Positions 32,159 to 44,360 of a DNA stretch of 64,000 bases are shown in pieces. The stretch lies in the NCBI GenBank assembly GCA_950097015.1, contig CATNEN010000027.1, forward strand, positions 496,001 through 560,000, given 5' to 3'. This DNA comes from Macrostomum hystrix. Taxonomy: Eukaryota; Animalia; Platyhelminthes. Position numbers and translations under genes: made by a program. The notes beneath the pieces were generated by a model. The model made no database searches and had not been told where the DNA came from. It saw nothing but the letters and a program-made list of their open reading frames with translations. Within the stretch, counting starts at the first letter, position 1; each line of letters begins with the position of its first letter.

Positions 32159-33565
32159 ATGGAGACGTCCACCTACAAGCCCGAGTCCCTCGACAATGTC
32201 ACGCTGTTTGACACCGGAGGCTTCATCAGCGTCTGCCCCAGCACTGGCCATTCGGGAGTCAAGAGCACCTGGCTGGTGACAGCCGAATGGTGCATCCGCG
32301 TCTTCGGCGCCCTCATCATAGTCGGCGGCGTCGCCGGAAATCTGCCCACGGCCTACATCCAGGGCACGGAGAAGTCCAACCGAGGCACCACTCGCTTCCT
32401 CATGGTCAGCCTGGCGCTGCTGGACTGTGCCGTCATCCTGCTGGCCGTTGTGCGCTACTGGTTGACGGAAACTCTGCAGGTTGACATTCGCGACCTGCAC
32501 CCCGTGCTGTGCTTCTGGCACCAGGCGGTGGTGGCAACCGTCAGCGACATGGCCGTCTACACCCTGTGTGGCATCGGCGTCGAGCGCTTCATTGCCGTCG
32601 CCTTTCCGTACCGGGTGCAGCAGCTGCTGACGGGCCGCAATCTCGGACTGGCCTACGGCTCGGTCGCGGCCATCATGGTGGCCAAGAATGCGCCAATTGT
32701 GTTCTACCGGCACATCGCCGACTGCGTCCGACTGTTGAGCGACTCGGCTAAGAACCTGACGCGGCGCGGCGGTCAGGTGAGCTGGGAGCAGCTGCGCGGC
32801 GAGCTGGAGTCGTCCGAGTATCGCCTCGTGCCGCACCGCTGCGGCTACGACAAGGCCTTCAGCCAGTGGTTCGCCAAGCTGGACCTGGTGACCTACCTGT
32901 TCATTCCGTACACCATCCTGCTGTTCTGCAACATCTACATCTACGCGGCCATTCGGAGGCAGGCGGCCGCTGTAAAGCAGCACACGACCAAGCGGACCGC
33001 CGGAAAAACTCGCCGGAAGGAGGACGGAGGCGGTCGGCGCAAGCCGGAGAGTGTCATGAAGATCCTCGCGGTGCTGACCGTCATTCACATCATCACTACG
33101 TTGCCGGCTTCCATCTCGCAGGTGTTGGATGTGTACGGCTACAAGTTTCCTAGAAATACGGCGATGCGACGTGTTATGCTGAACGCACTGAAGACGCTGA
33201 TGTTTGCCAACAACGCCACCAATTTCATTGCTTATTTCATTTCGTCTACTGTGTTTCGCTCGCGAGTTCTGCGCTGCTGCGGCTGCGCCGGTGGCATCGG
33301 AAACAGCGGCAGCGCTGGCGGCGGCAGCAGCGTCGGAGGCGGTGGCTGCGTGGGCGGTCGAAGATCGACAACAGGCGCGCCGGTGACCAGAAATGGGGCA
33401 GAAAAACTCGAACTCGCGATCGCCGACAAGCAGGCTAAAGCGGCGCGACCAATGATCGAGACGGAGGCTCAGCAGCCACAGGAGCATGCGCAGCTGGTCA
33501 GCGAAGTCACCCAGGCTCTCATCGTCAGCGCCGGCGACCGCGGATCTCCGTGCGATGGCAACTGA
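32159..33565 (+). CDS. Class A (rhodopsin-like) GPCR, probable neuropeptide receptor-like, single coding exon, 468 aa
   Basis: Seven hydrophobic segments: GVAGN (TM1), LALLD (TM2), C...GVERFIAVAFP (TM3, ERF in place of DRY), YLFIPY (TM5), TTLP (TM6), NNATNFIAY (TM7), then RCCGC and a Gly/Ser-rich tail. Confidence 0.92.
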   Translation: METSTYKPESLDNVTLFDTGGFISVCPSTGHSGVKSTWLVTAEWCIRVFGALIIVGGVAGNLPTAYIQGTEKSNRGTTRFLMVSLALLDCAVILLAVVRYWLTETLQVDIRDLHPVLCFWHQAVVATVSDMAVYTLCGIGVERFIAVAFPYRVQQLLTGRNLGLAYGSVAAIMVAKNAPIVFYRHIADCVRLLSDSAKNLTRRGGQVSWEQLRGELESSEYRLVPHRCGYDKAFSQWFAKLDLVTYLFIPYTILLFCNIYIYAAIRRQAAAVKQHTTKRTAGKTRRKEDGGGRRKPESVMKILAVLTVIHIITTLPASISQVLDVYGYKFPRNTAMRRVMLNALKTLMFANNATNFIAYFISSTVFRSRVLRCCGCAGGIGNSGSAGGGSSVGGGGCVGGRRSTTGAPVTRNGAEKLELAIADKQAKAARPMIETEAQQPQEHAQLVSEVTQALIVSAGDRGSPCDGN

Positions 33566-34203
33566 AAGCCCGGCTCCGTCTGGTGATTAGTTGAAAACCT
33601 TTCGTGATTGCAAGTTAACTTTTAGTTACAATGACCGACTCTTACTTGAGTAAGGTCTACCTTGAGTAAATTCATGGGCAACTTTTGAAAATTATGTGAC
33701 TGCCAGACATCACAGTAACACTGTGAGTTGTATTCTCTATATAACATTGCTTTGAAGTGAATCTCTAATTATTTGCCTCGTCCGAATTGCTACGTCTTCT
33801 TGAATATGTCGCGTTCTGTTTGTCGTCGAAAAGGACTCAATTGTTTACAAGGCCCATGTAGCCAATTTTAAGCTGCGTAAAACATTTCAGTTCGTTGATA
33901 TCTTGCTTGCTTGTTCAGCAAATGATATATTTTTGTTCAATGACATACTAACAGGCATTGTTTTGTTGTCCTTGTCTATGCTATGTACACTGATAGTATC
34001 GGGTTTGTTTGAGAATTATTTTACTAATGAGAACTCCTTGCCATTTCGCCTCGGTTTCAAATAGGCCTCGTTGTGGATCCATCCGGCTAATCGATAATAA
34101 ACACAGCAACTGAAGGCCATCAGGGATAATTTAACTTAAAGTACACATGTCATGTGCCATCGCTAACTTGCAGCAGACTGGTGTTCCAATTAGGAGCTTA
34201 GTA

Positions 34204-34442
34204 TAATAGTAATAATAATTGCGGGAGGGCTGCAGCTGACTGCTGAGCACACGCGCACAGGTGTGTACATCTGCCCTGACTTTCTCATCGTCAGGCAGTG
34301 TACACTCTCACTGTGCCTTGGAGGTTGGCCCTCAAGGGTTCAAATTGAACGACAAGTCGCCTAGCCTTCTCTCCGCGGCTGCGCCCCAAATGAATGTGGC
34401 CTCGCCGCGGAATCGAACTCACGGACCGCTGGTCCCAACCTT
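34204..34442 (-). mobile_element. 5'-truncated tRNA-derived SINE
   Basis: Minus strand B-box gagttcgattcc (~34410-34421), 3' hairpin gtgtacactgcctgac-gatgagaaa-gtcagggcagatgtacac, (TTA)n tail. No A-box seen. Confidence 0.6.
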
Positions 34443-36231
34443 ACCTGTTTGTATACCTGTTTACCCTACGCACATGTGTTCTTCGTCAGTTCTCAGTCTG
34501 ATCTCAGTCTGAAACATTTAAAAAATGTTTCATAATGTCGTTGCCTCTGCTGCGTGACGCAAAAAAGTCGGCGCAGTCGCCGTGTCTCGTGTTTTCTCTG
34601 CTCCATAGGTTAAAAATTCTATAATAGAAATATTTCAGCTTGTTTATTTGCGAATCTCTCGCTGAAGAGGCTTTCGCTTCTTCTTATTCTCCTACGGCTT
34701 TCATTGTGAAATCATTGAAATTCTAAAGCACTGAATACGCATTGAAATTGTCTGAGTGAGCTGGCTCTGCTCTGCTGAGAACAATGCGCAGCTCCCGCAG
34801 GTCCGGCTGAGTTTAGTCAGTTGAGGCGCGGCATGGCATCGCTGCATGAGCTGGCAAAAAATAGACACTGCAGGGTGAGGTTATTTTAGAATGCGGATCT
34901 GTACTTTAGAGGCTGAATTAGTGGCTAGTGAAGTAAGCAAGCTTCTGCCTTTCCAATAATTTCAATTTATTTTTGGGGGAGACGGACCACCGGAGGCGGT
35001 GCGCTCAAGGGGAGTCGTCGGGAAAACATGGCCCAAGACTGCCCCTCCCTGTAGTCGAGCAAGAAATATTGGTGCGCTTTGAAAACTACTAAACAAGTTG
35101 AAATTAATGAGTCAACAAGTGCGCCCGAGTTTAGTGACCGAGTCTTGAACTCATTAGCGGATTCCCGCAGATTCACATTGCAGATTCCTTTCAGTTTCTG
35201 CATTGTTTTATCGCTGGCTCGCTATACTCAATCACTCATTTTCAATTCCGAGTCTCTCTTTTCGCTTTCCCAGCGAGTCGTTTAATCAAACCCGAGCAAC
35301 GCCCGCAGACTGGACTGGGGTTAGACGGGATTTTTTTGACGGACAGCCAAATAAAATGAGAAAGGAGTTGCGAAACAGAAGGCCTGTGCGAGTGTTCTCA
35401 GCCACTGGTGAGCTTACTCAAACGCTTTGAATTTTTGCTCTGTGGCAGTGAAATTGCTTGAATGGATGGCTCGCAATGAGGCGCGCTTTGGGGAGGTCTG
35501 GAGGGGAAGGGAGAGAAAGCATTGCCGAGATGGGATTGCTGGGCCAGATCATCCACCCCGCACTGCTTTCAGAACGTGACGGAAGGAGAGGCCAAAAAGG
35601 AAGGAGATTTCAGTGTCTGCTCAGCCACCGTCCGAGAGAGCAAATAATGCAGAGCTATAACTAGCGCTGCGGGAGGGGATGCGGGATCTGGTTTAGTCGG
35701 CCTTTTTTCCCCAATGACAACAAAAGCGATCATGAGATCCCTAACACTGGAGCTGATGCCTCCGCCCTCGGCTGGTGGGGTTGGCAGCCCGCGCCCCGAA
35801 CTCGTCAGGCGAGCCCAGAGCAGCTGAGCCCTAACTGTGACATTATTTAAAACTCAATTTTCAACTGCTTCGCCAGGGTGTATTGGGCACGTCAAAAACA
35901 CACAGGCACATGACATTGGCAGTGACACACAGATTCGTGCTGGGTGGCTGTTGCTAGTACTAATCACGGATTTCAAAGGCTTGCCAGACTTGGCGTTCAG
36001 ACGAAAACAGTGGACAGAAGACTGAGGCTCATATTCATGTCTCGTAGGATTACCGATCGCTATCTTTACCGGCCTTTTCACGTTAATTAATCACACAGAC
36101 TAGCTGGCACTTCTGTCAGTTCTGCACGCTCATATCTGTAATACGCCTGAGACCTTCAATGTCAGAGTTTGTCACGGGTCTGCCTGTGCTGCTCTGGTGT
36201 ACATTAATGGTCAGTTAGTGACACCTCACTT

Positions 36232-36620
36232 GGCACCGCTTCCTGCAAGGCAAAATCCGCAGTGAGGAATGCCCCTTCTGCCTCTCCTATGTTGAGGATG
36301 CAGAGCATTTTATTTGCGACTGCCCCGCCTTCACTCAGGACCGGCTCACCTATCTCGGCCCAAACCCGGATCTCCCCGACGTTTTCAGGCCTGAGAACAT
36401 CTGCCAGCTCGTCCGATACCTGAGGGCCACCGGGCGAGCAACCCTCCACCTCCTGGACACTCCGGAGGAGGACCGCGCTGCGGACGCCGGCACCACCGGA
36501 TCCCCCTGCGCGACACCGCAGCTCTAGTTGCCCGTGGTCGCCAGGGGCTAGCGGAATGGGCGGCAACGCCTCCCCGCTGCATCCGGAAGATGCCCCCTGC
36601 AGCTAAGTCAAGTAAGTCAA
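36232..36620 (+). mobile_element. 5'-truncated LINE 3' end (ORF2 C-terminal CCHC zinc knuckle) with 12-bp TSD
   Basis: Translates HRFLQGKIRSEECPFCLSYVEDAEHFICDCPAFTQDR...* (C-x2-C-x8-H-x4-C); tail taagtcaagtaagtcaa; TSD gacacctcactt at 36220-36231 and 36621-36632. Confidence 0.85.
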
Positions 36621-36636
36621 GACACCTCACTTACTA

Positions 36637-36887
36637 GCCCCACCTCACTCCCTGGCCCCACCTCACTCCCTGGCCCCACCTCCCTCCCTGGCCCCACCTC
36701 ACTCTCTGGCCCCACCTCACTCCCTGGCCCCACCTCCCTCCCTGGCCCCACCTCACTCCCTGGCCCCACCTCCCTGGCCCCACCTCCCTCCCTGGCCTCA
36801 CCTCACTCCCTGGCCCCACCTCCCTCCCTGGCCTCACCTCACTCCCTGGCCCCACCTCACTCTCTGGCCCCACCTCACTCCCTGGCT
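36637..36887. repeat. 18-bp C-rich minisatellite, ~14 copies
   Basis: Unit ggccccacctcactccct. Confidence 0.92.
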
Positions 36888-38394
36888 TCTCAAAAGGTAG
36901 AGAGTTCTCAACCTAATGCGAGACTGTAATTTAAATTGAGCGGGACTGGCTCTACGAGGCCCCCAGGTAGGAAAGTCTGATGGTGATGAAAAATCACTTA
37001 GGAAAACAGTCTGTAGGCCAGTTTTTTAAATTGATGAATTTTCAATATTTTTTTGAAACATGTAAATTCGTGGCCATTTTCAGAATTAAAAGGCATTAAA
37101 CGTTGGGTAATTTTGAATTTAATTATTGCTAATGAGCACGCCTCGAAATCGCCCACAGACTAAGCGCTGATTTTACCTTTCTATCTGAGTAAAACTACTC
37201 AAGCAAGTCGTGCATTCCTTGTGGATTACTCGCAACTACAGTCTAGGCCAGATAAATCTCTTGCATTTTTAACTTACAATTCAAATTCTGAATTCATTAG
37301 CGACACGCTTCACCGGATACCGAACATTCGAGCATTGCGCGAATGAACAATTAGTAAAGAACAGAATGCCAAGCCTGTACACGTCTCATTGGATAAAAGT
37401 ATTGTCCAATATTTTGGTCCGGTGGTCACCGCCCGCACCGATGCCAGCTCGATAATTGTTGAGAGAGAAAAATCATTTTCTGCATCGACAAAGCTATTTA
37501 ATCACTGGGTCAAGACCTATCATCCATCACTGCTCAATGTGCTCAAGGAGAATTTCAAGAAAGTAATCCGTGTGAGAATTCTAGATTTTATAATCGACCA
37601 TGCTTGGAATAATTGCATTATTTGCTAAGTGGGAGAATTAGAAGTACGGCCTTCATACCTCGCCTGCACTGTTGCTTGATTTATTCCAGGTGAATCGGCC
37701 GTCATAAAACTTCTTTGTCGCGACTGCTGTCTTCCGCTCTGCGGCTCACAGAGTTCAGTTATCCAGCAAACTAAATTGAGTTCAGTATCTTCCTCCAAAT
37801 AGGCCCTGATGCTATGCGGGTGGCTTGGTGATTCGGAGACCCGACACTAAGGGACAATCCAACAGTGGGAGAATATCCAGCCCTAATGGACTTTTTTTCT
37901 CCCCGACCAGATCTGACTTGGCCGCGAAAGATCTCCCGCCGGCACTGGGGTAAGTGGGATTGGGGATTTCGGGAGCACTGAAAGGTTTGGGAGTTATCTT
38001 TGCTTCTCTCTGTCTCTCTGTCGGCCAGTGTGTGTCCTTTTTTGCTCCCTATTTTGAGAAGAGCAAAAAGTCAAGCTTGCAATTTGAAGGCTCGCCGACA
38101 ACTCTCGACACGTCTTCCGCGGGTCTCACGGGGACGCCAACAAGTTCATGTCGTCCGCCCTCCTTCCGAAATTGCCCTCGTCCAACTAGAAATTCGATGA
38201 CAGAAGCAACTTCCAGGACTTGTCTAAACGCCTTTATTTCCCAGTGAATATAGTGTCTCGAACGAAATCCTTGGATTTCCATTCCGGTACAGTTGCTGTT
38301 TCGACCAGCTACTGGTTTATTCTTTGATATCAGAGAAGCAGTCGCGGCTTATAGACCATAAAATAAACACTACGACGCGAATTCTAAATGACTA

Positions 38395-41300
38395 AGATTC
38401 GCAGTGAATTAGATTTAGCGTGACTTAAATTCGGTGTGACTTAGATTCGAAGTGACTCGGATTCGGAGTGACTTGGATTCGGAGTGACTTGGATTCCGAG
38501 TGTCTCGGATTCGGAGTGTCTCGGATTCGAAGTGGCTTGGATACGGATTAGATTTAGAGTGACTTAAATTCGGAGTGAATTAGATTTAGAGTGACTTGAA
38601 TTCGGAGTGATTTAGATTTAGAGTGACTTGAATTCGGAGTGAATTAGATTTAGAGTGGCTTGGATTCGGAGTGAATTAGATTTAGATTGGCTTACATTCG
38701 GAGTGAATTAGATTTAGAGTGGCTTACATTCGGAGTGAATTAGATTTAGAGTGACTTGGATTCGGAGTGAATTAGATTTAGATTGGCTTACATTCGGAGT
38801 GAATTAGATTTAGAGTGGCTTAAATTCGGAGTGAATTAGATTTAGAGTGACTTGGATTCGGAGTGAATTAGATTTAGATTGGCTTACATTCGGAGTGAAT
38901 TAGATTTAGAGTGGCTTAAATTCGGAGTGAATTAGATTTAGAGTGGCTTAAATTCGGAGTGAATTAGATTTAGAGTGGCTTAAATTCGGAGTGAATTAGA
39001 TTTAGAGTGGCTTAAATTCGGAGTGAATTAGATTTAGAGTGGCTTAAATTCGGAGTGAATTAGATTTAGAGTGACTTGGATTCGGAGTGAATTAGATTTA
39101 GAGTGGCTTGGATTCGGAGTGAATTAGATTTAGAGTGACTTGGATTCGGAGTGAATTAGATTTAGAGTGGCTTAAATTCGGAGTGAATTAGATTTAGAGT
39201 GGCTTAAATTCGGAGTGAATTAGATTTAGAGTGGCTTAAATTCGGAGTGAATTAGATTTAGAGTGGCTTAAATTCGGAGTGAATTAGATTTAGAGTGGCT
39301 TGGATTCGGAGTGAATTAGATTTAGAGTGGCTTAAATTCGGAGTGAATTGGATTTAGAGTGGCTTGGATTCGGAGTGAATTAGATTTAGAGTGGCTTACA
39401 TTCGGAGTGAATTAGATTTAGAGTGGCTTACATTCGGAGTGAATTAGATTTAGAGTGGCTTACATTCGGAGTGAATTAGATTTAGAGTGACTTAAATTCG
39501 GAGTGAATTAGATTTAGAGTGGCTTGGATTCGGAGTGAATTAGATTTAGAGTGGCTTACATTCGGAGTGAATTAGATTTAGAGTGACTTAAATTCGGAGT
39601 GAATTAGATTTAGAGTGGCTTGGATTCGGAGTGAATTAGATTTAGATTGGCTTACATTCGGAGTGAATTAGATTTAGAGTGGCTTAAATTCGGAGTGAAT
39701 TAGATTTAGAGTAACTTGGATTCGGAGTGAATTAGATTTAGATAGGCTTAAATTCGGAGTGAATTAGATTTAGATTGGCTTACATTCGGAGTGAATTAGA
39801 TTTAGAGTGGCTTGGATTCGGAGTGAATTAGATTTAGAGTGACTTGGATTCGGAGTGAATTAGATTTAGATTGGCTTACATTCGGAGTGAATTAGATTTA
39901 GATTGGCTTACATTCGGAGTGAATTAGATTTAGAGTGGCTTACATTCGGAGTGAATTAGATTTAGATTGGCTTGGATATGGGGTGAATTAGATTTAGAGT
40001 GGCTTACATTCGGAGTGAATTATATTTAGAGTGGCTTACATTCGGAGTGAATTAGATTTAGATTGGCTTACATTCGGAGTGAATTAGATTTAGATTGGCT
40101 TACATTCGGAGTGAATTAGATTTAGAGTGGCTTACATTCGGAGTGAATTGGATTTAGAGTGGCTTACATTCGGAGTGAATTAGATTTAGAGTGGCTTAAA
40201 TTCGGAGTGAATTAGATTTAGATTGGCTTACAGTCGGAGTGAATTAGATTTAGAGTGACTTGGATTCGGAGTGAATTAGATTTAGAGTGGCTTACATTCG
40301 GAGTGAATTAGATTTAGAGTGGCTTAAATTCGGAGTGAATTAGATTTAGATTGGCTTACATTCGGAGTGAATTAGATTTAGATTGACTTACATTCGGAGT
40401 GAATTAGATTTAGATTGGCTTGGATTTGGGGTGAATTAGATTTAGAGTGGCTTACATTCGGAGTGAATTAGATTTAAAGTGGCTTACATTCGGAGTGAAT
40501 TAGATTTAGAGTGCCTTTCATTTGGAGTGAATTAGATTTAGAGTGGCTTGGATTCGGAGTGAATTAGATTTAGAGTGGCTTGGATTCGGAGTGAATTAGA
40601 TTTAGATTGGCTTGGATTCGGAGTGAATTATATTTAGAGTGGCTTAAATTCGGAGTGAATTAGATTTAGATTGGCTTACATTCGGAGTGAATTAGATTTA
40701 GATTGGCTTACATTCGGAGTGAATTAGATTTAGATTGGCTTACATTCGGAGTGAATTAGATTTAGAGTGGCTTACATTCGGAGTGAATTAGATTTAGAGT
40801 GGCTTACATTCGGAGTGAATTAGATTTAGAGTGGCTTACATTCGGAGTGAATTAGATTTAGAGTGGCTTAAATTCGGAGTGAATTAGATTTAGAGTGACT
40901 TAAATTCGGAGTGAATTAGATTTAGAGTGGCTTAAATTCGGAGTGAATTAGATTTAGAGTGGCTTGAATTCGGAGTGAATTAGATTTAGAGTGGCTTGAA
41001 TTCGGAGTGAATTAGATTTAGAGTGGCTTACATTCGGAGTGAATTAGATTTAGATTGGCTTACATTCGGAGTGAATTAGATTTAGAGTGGCTTACATTCG
41101 GAGTGAATTAGATTTAGAGTGGCTTACATTCGGAGTGAATTAGATTTAGATTGGCTTACATTCGGAGTGAATTAGATTTAGAGTGGCTTACATTCGGAGT
41201 GAATTAGATTTAGAGTGGCTTACATTCGGAGTGAATTAGATTTAGAGTGGCTTACATTCGGAGTGAATTAGATTTAGAGTGGCTTAAATTCGGAGTGAAT

Positions 41301-41990
41301 TAGATTTCGAGTGACTTAAATTCGGAGTGAATTAGATTTAGAGTGGCTTAAATTCGGAGTGAATTAGATTTAGAGTGGCTTGAATTCGGAGTGAATTAGA
41401 TTTAGAGTGGCTTGAATTCGGAGTGAATTAGATTTAGAGTGGCTTACATTCGGAGTGAATTAGATTTAGAGTGGCTTAAATTCGGAGTGAATTAGATTTA
41501 GAGTGGCTTGAATTCGGAGTGAATTAGATTTAGAGTGGCTTAAATTCGGAGTGAATTAGATTTAGAGTGGCTTAAATTCTGAGTGAATTAGATTTAGAGT
41601 GGCTTACATTCGGAGTGAATTAGATTTAGAGTGGCTTGGATTCGGAGTGAATTAGATTTAGAGTGACTTGGATTCGGAGTGAATTAGATTTAGAGTGACT
41701 TGGATTCGGAGTGAATTAGATTTAGATTGGCTTACATTCGGAGTGAATTAGATTTAGATTGGCTTACATTCGGAGTGAATTAGATTTAGATTGGCTTACA
41801 TTCGGAGTGAATTAGATTTAGAGTGGCTTACATTCGGAGTGAATTAGATTTAGAGTGGCTTGGATTTGGGGTGAATTAGATTTAGAGTGGCTTACATTCG
41901 GAGTGAATTAGATTTAGATTGGCTTACATTCGGAGTGAATTAGATTTAGATTGGCTTACATTCGGAGTGAATTAGATTTAGAGTGGCTTG
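38395..41990. repeat. 32-bp (2x16) satellite array, ~3.6 kb
   Basis: Unit ttcggagtgaattagatttagagtggcttaca; degenerate 16-bp monomers at the left edge. Confidence 0.97.
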
Positions 41991-42891
41991 TATTCGTGTA
42001 ATCCAAGTGTATTCCATTATGGTTATAATAACTATTATGTATTCTAAGCGGCCTTGATTAATAATAATTAGGGTCGGACCCTAAGTGACCCATATTCAAG
42101 AGTTTCATGATTCAAAGATTCGAAAGTATTTCCAGGAAATGGGGCTCTGTTGTAGTCCACTGACAGATGACAGGTGATTGATTAGGCCACACGACTTGAC
42201 GCAAAGCGATTCAGCAAATAAAATCCGGCATTGATTGATTTCGCTTGATGGAATGGCGCAGATTAACCCCAATTTAGCCTTTTGTTAAATTTATTCTAGT
42301 CTGGCCGCATCCGACATGCATTGCTTCCGATTTAAGATCAATCTTATTGATTGCACCCCCAGTCAGACTATAAACCGAGGCATCATATTATTGTACTCCA
42401 ATCCGAGTTGAGTTCGAAGCCTAACAAAGAACTGATCTGATCGGGGAGGGGCTACCGGGATGGGGGTGGATAGGGATTTGGGGAGCCCACCATTCGGCCA
42501 GATTTTAAAATGACCAACACAAAGCGGCGGATGGCCTGAAGGATTACGATCCTCTTCCCAATGTCCCCGACGTCTATCACTGACTGGCACGCGACAAAGC
42601 CCGACCTTGAAGTCTGGAGCCCTTTCAAAGCCATCTAGCTGGCTGGCTGACATTTGTCGAGCGGTATTCACACAGGACTCAGACATCCATTTGCAATTTC
42701 ATCTAGCCTTAATCCCTGGCAATGTCTTGACATTTCTTTGGACACCTCTGATTGATTAGTGTCTTGTATACCTTAATCCATCGTGTCTACATCGTCATTT
42801 CATTATCCTCAGCTTATCTTGTCCGTTTGTCACTCATGTTACATTTGGAGAGCTAACCTGCGTCCTAAATGCATGACGATTTAATGTGACC

Positions 42892-43100
42892 TGAGCATAG
42901 CTGAGCATTAGCTGAGCACAGTAGAGCATAGCTGAGCACAGTAGAGCACAGTAGAGCATAGCTGAGCATAGCTGAGCATAGCTGAGCATAGCTGAGCATA
43001 GCTGAGCATAGCTGAGCATAGCTGAGCATAGCTGAGCATAGCTGAGCATAGCTGAGCATAGCTGAGCATAGCTGAGCATAGCTGAGCATAGCTGAGCATA
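42892..43100. repeat. 10-bp tandem repeat (gctgagcata), ~20 copies
   Basis: Directly visible. Confidence 0.95.
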
Positions 43101-43664
43101 CGAGCGTAGATTAAAAGCAACAAAATAGTTCGAAGAGGAGCTTCTTTCGACCTATAAAAGCCAAGGCACTGAGGCTGTCTAATTTGAATGACTGGAGCGT
43201 GCGATATTAGCTTGATTAGGCAAGGTTGACATCTTTTGACTTTGAGCATTGTCAGGAAACTCTATCAGCACTGAGAGTACCTGCCAATGCTAAAAGCTTT
43301 CAGTATAGCATTTTTGAAGCATGAAATGCGGACACTCCGTTTAAGTACTCACTGACCCGTTAAGTACGTACTAAAAAAGTGATAAAAATCTACTGTGTAC
43401 TTTAACGAGTATAGTGTACTAATCACGTACAGCTCAAGGTGGCTAGACTAGAAATTTGAAGTGTCTTCAAACGTCATGACGCGTCTGAATCTTTATCAGA
43501 CACGATTTTGTTGACGAAAAAGTTAATATCTATCTACCCTTATGCGCGATCTTTATATCTATCCTACAGCCAAGTAAGCAATTCTACCCTGTCATCTCAT
43601 CATGAGAAGTGAGCAGTGAGATTAGGTTTATTATCGTTAGGCAGTTAAAAAAACTCTTAAAAAC

Positions 43665-43910
43665 CTTGGCTGCATGAAGACTGCGTACGGCTGTTCAGTC
43701 CATGGACTAAAGGGACGCCACGCCACACCTAAATTACCCCAGCTGATGCTGCTACCCATTTAACAGCTGGGTGAACTGAAGCAACGCTGGAAATTGGAAT
43801 TCCACTGGAAATTGTTCCAGTGGAGTCCAGAATCGAACCCCCGACTTTCAAGTTGTGAGTCCGACACTCAAACCACTAGGCTACAACCCCCACTAGGCTA
43901 GAACCCCAAT
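43665..43910 (-). mobile_element. tRNA-derived SINE with CORE-like centre
   Basis: Minus strand ggggttgtagcctagtggtttgagtgtcggactc...ggttcgattc (A and B boxes), then cagttcacccagctgttaaatgggta; body shared with the 59.6-59.8 kb copy. Confidence 0.8.
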
Positions 43911-44360
43911 AGGCTACAACCCCAATAGGCTACAACCCCCACAAATCTACAAAGCCCCCCCCAGTCTACAACCCCCACTAGGCTACAACCCCCACTAATG
44001 TCCAACCCTCACTAGGCTACAACCCCCACTAGGCTACAAACCCCACTAGGCGACAACCCCCACTAAGGTCCAACCGACACTAACGTCCAACCCCACTAGG
44101 CTACAACCCCCACTAACGTCCAACCGACACTAACGTCCAACCCCCACTAGGCGACAACCCCCACTAGGCTACAAACCCCACTAACGTCCAACCCCCACTA
44201 GGCTACAACCCCCACTAGGCGACAACCCCCACTAAGGTCCAACCCTCACTAGGCTACAACCCCCACTAACGTCCAACCGACACTAACGTCCAACCCCCAC
44301 TAGGCTACAACCCCCACTAAGGTCCAACCCTCACTAGGCTACAACCCCCACTAGGCTAAA
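43895..44360. repeat. Degenerate ~17-19-bp array matching the SINE 5' end/A-box
   Basis: Units ctaggctacaacccccacta and ctaacgtccaacc. Confidence 0.85.

Noticed and set aside
32141-33487. 448-aa minus-strand ORF
   Set aside because: Antisense shadow of the GC-rich GPCR CDS.
34255-34300. CUGACGA...GAAA GUC in the SINE 3' hairpin as a second hammerhead or SECIS
   Set aside because: Only 3 nt lie between the core boxes (no stem II), there is no stem III, and stem I mismatches at the first pair; it folds better as a simple stem-loop.
37389-37628. 79-aa ORF with a possible donor (AAA|gtaatc)
   Set aside because: No recognisable homology, TTG start, and no frame-compatible partner exon that I could support.
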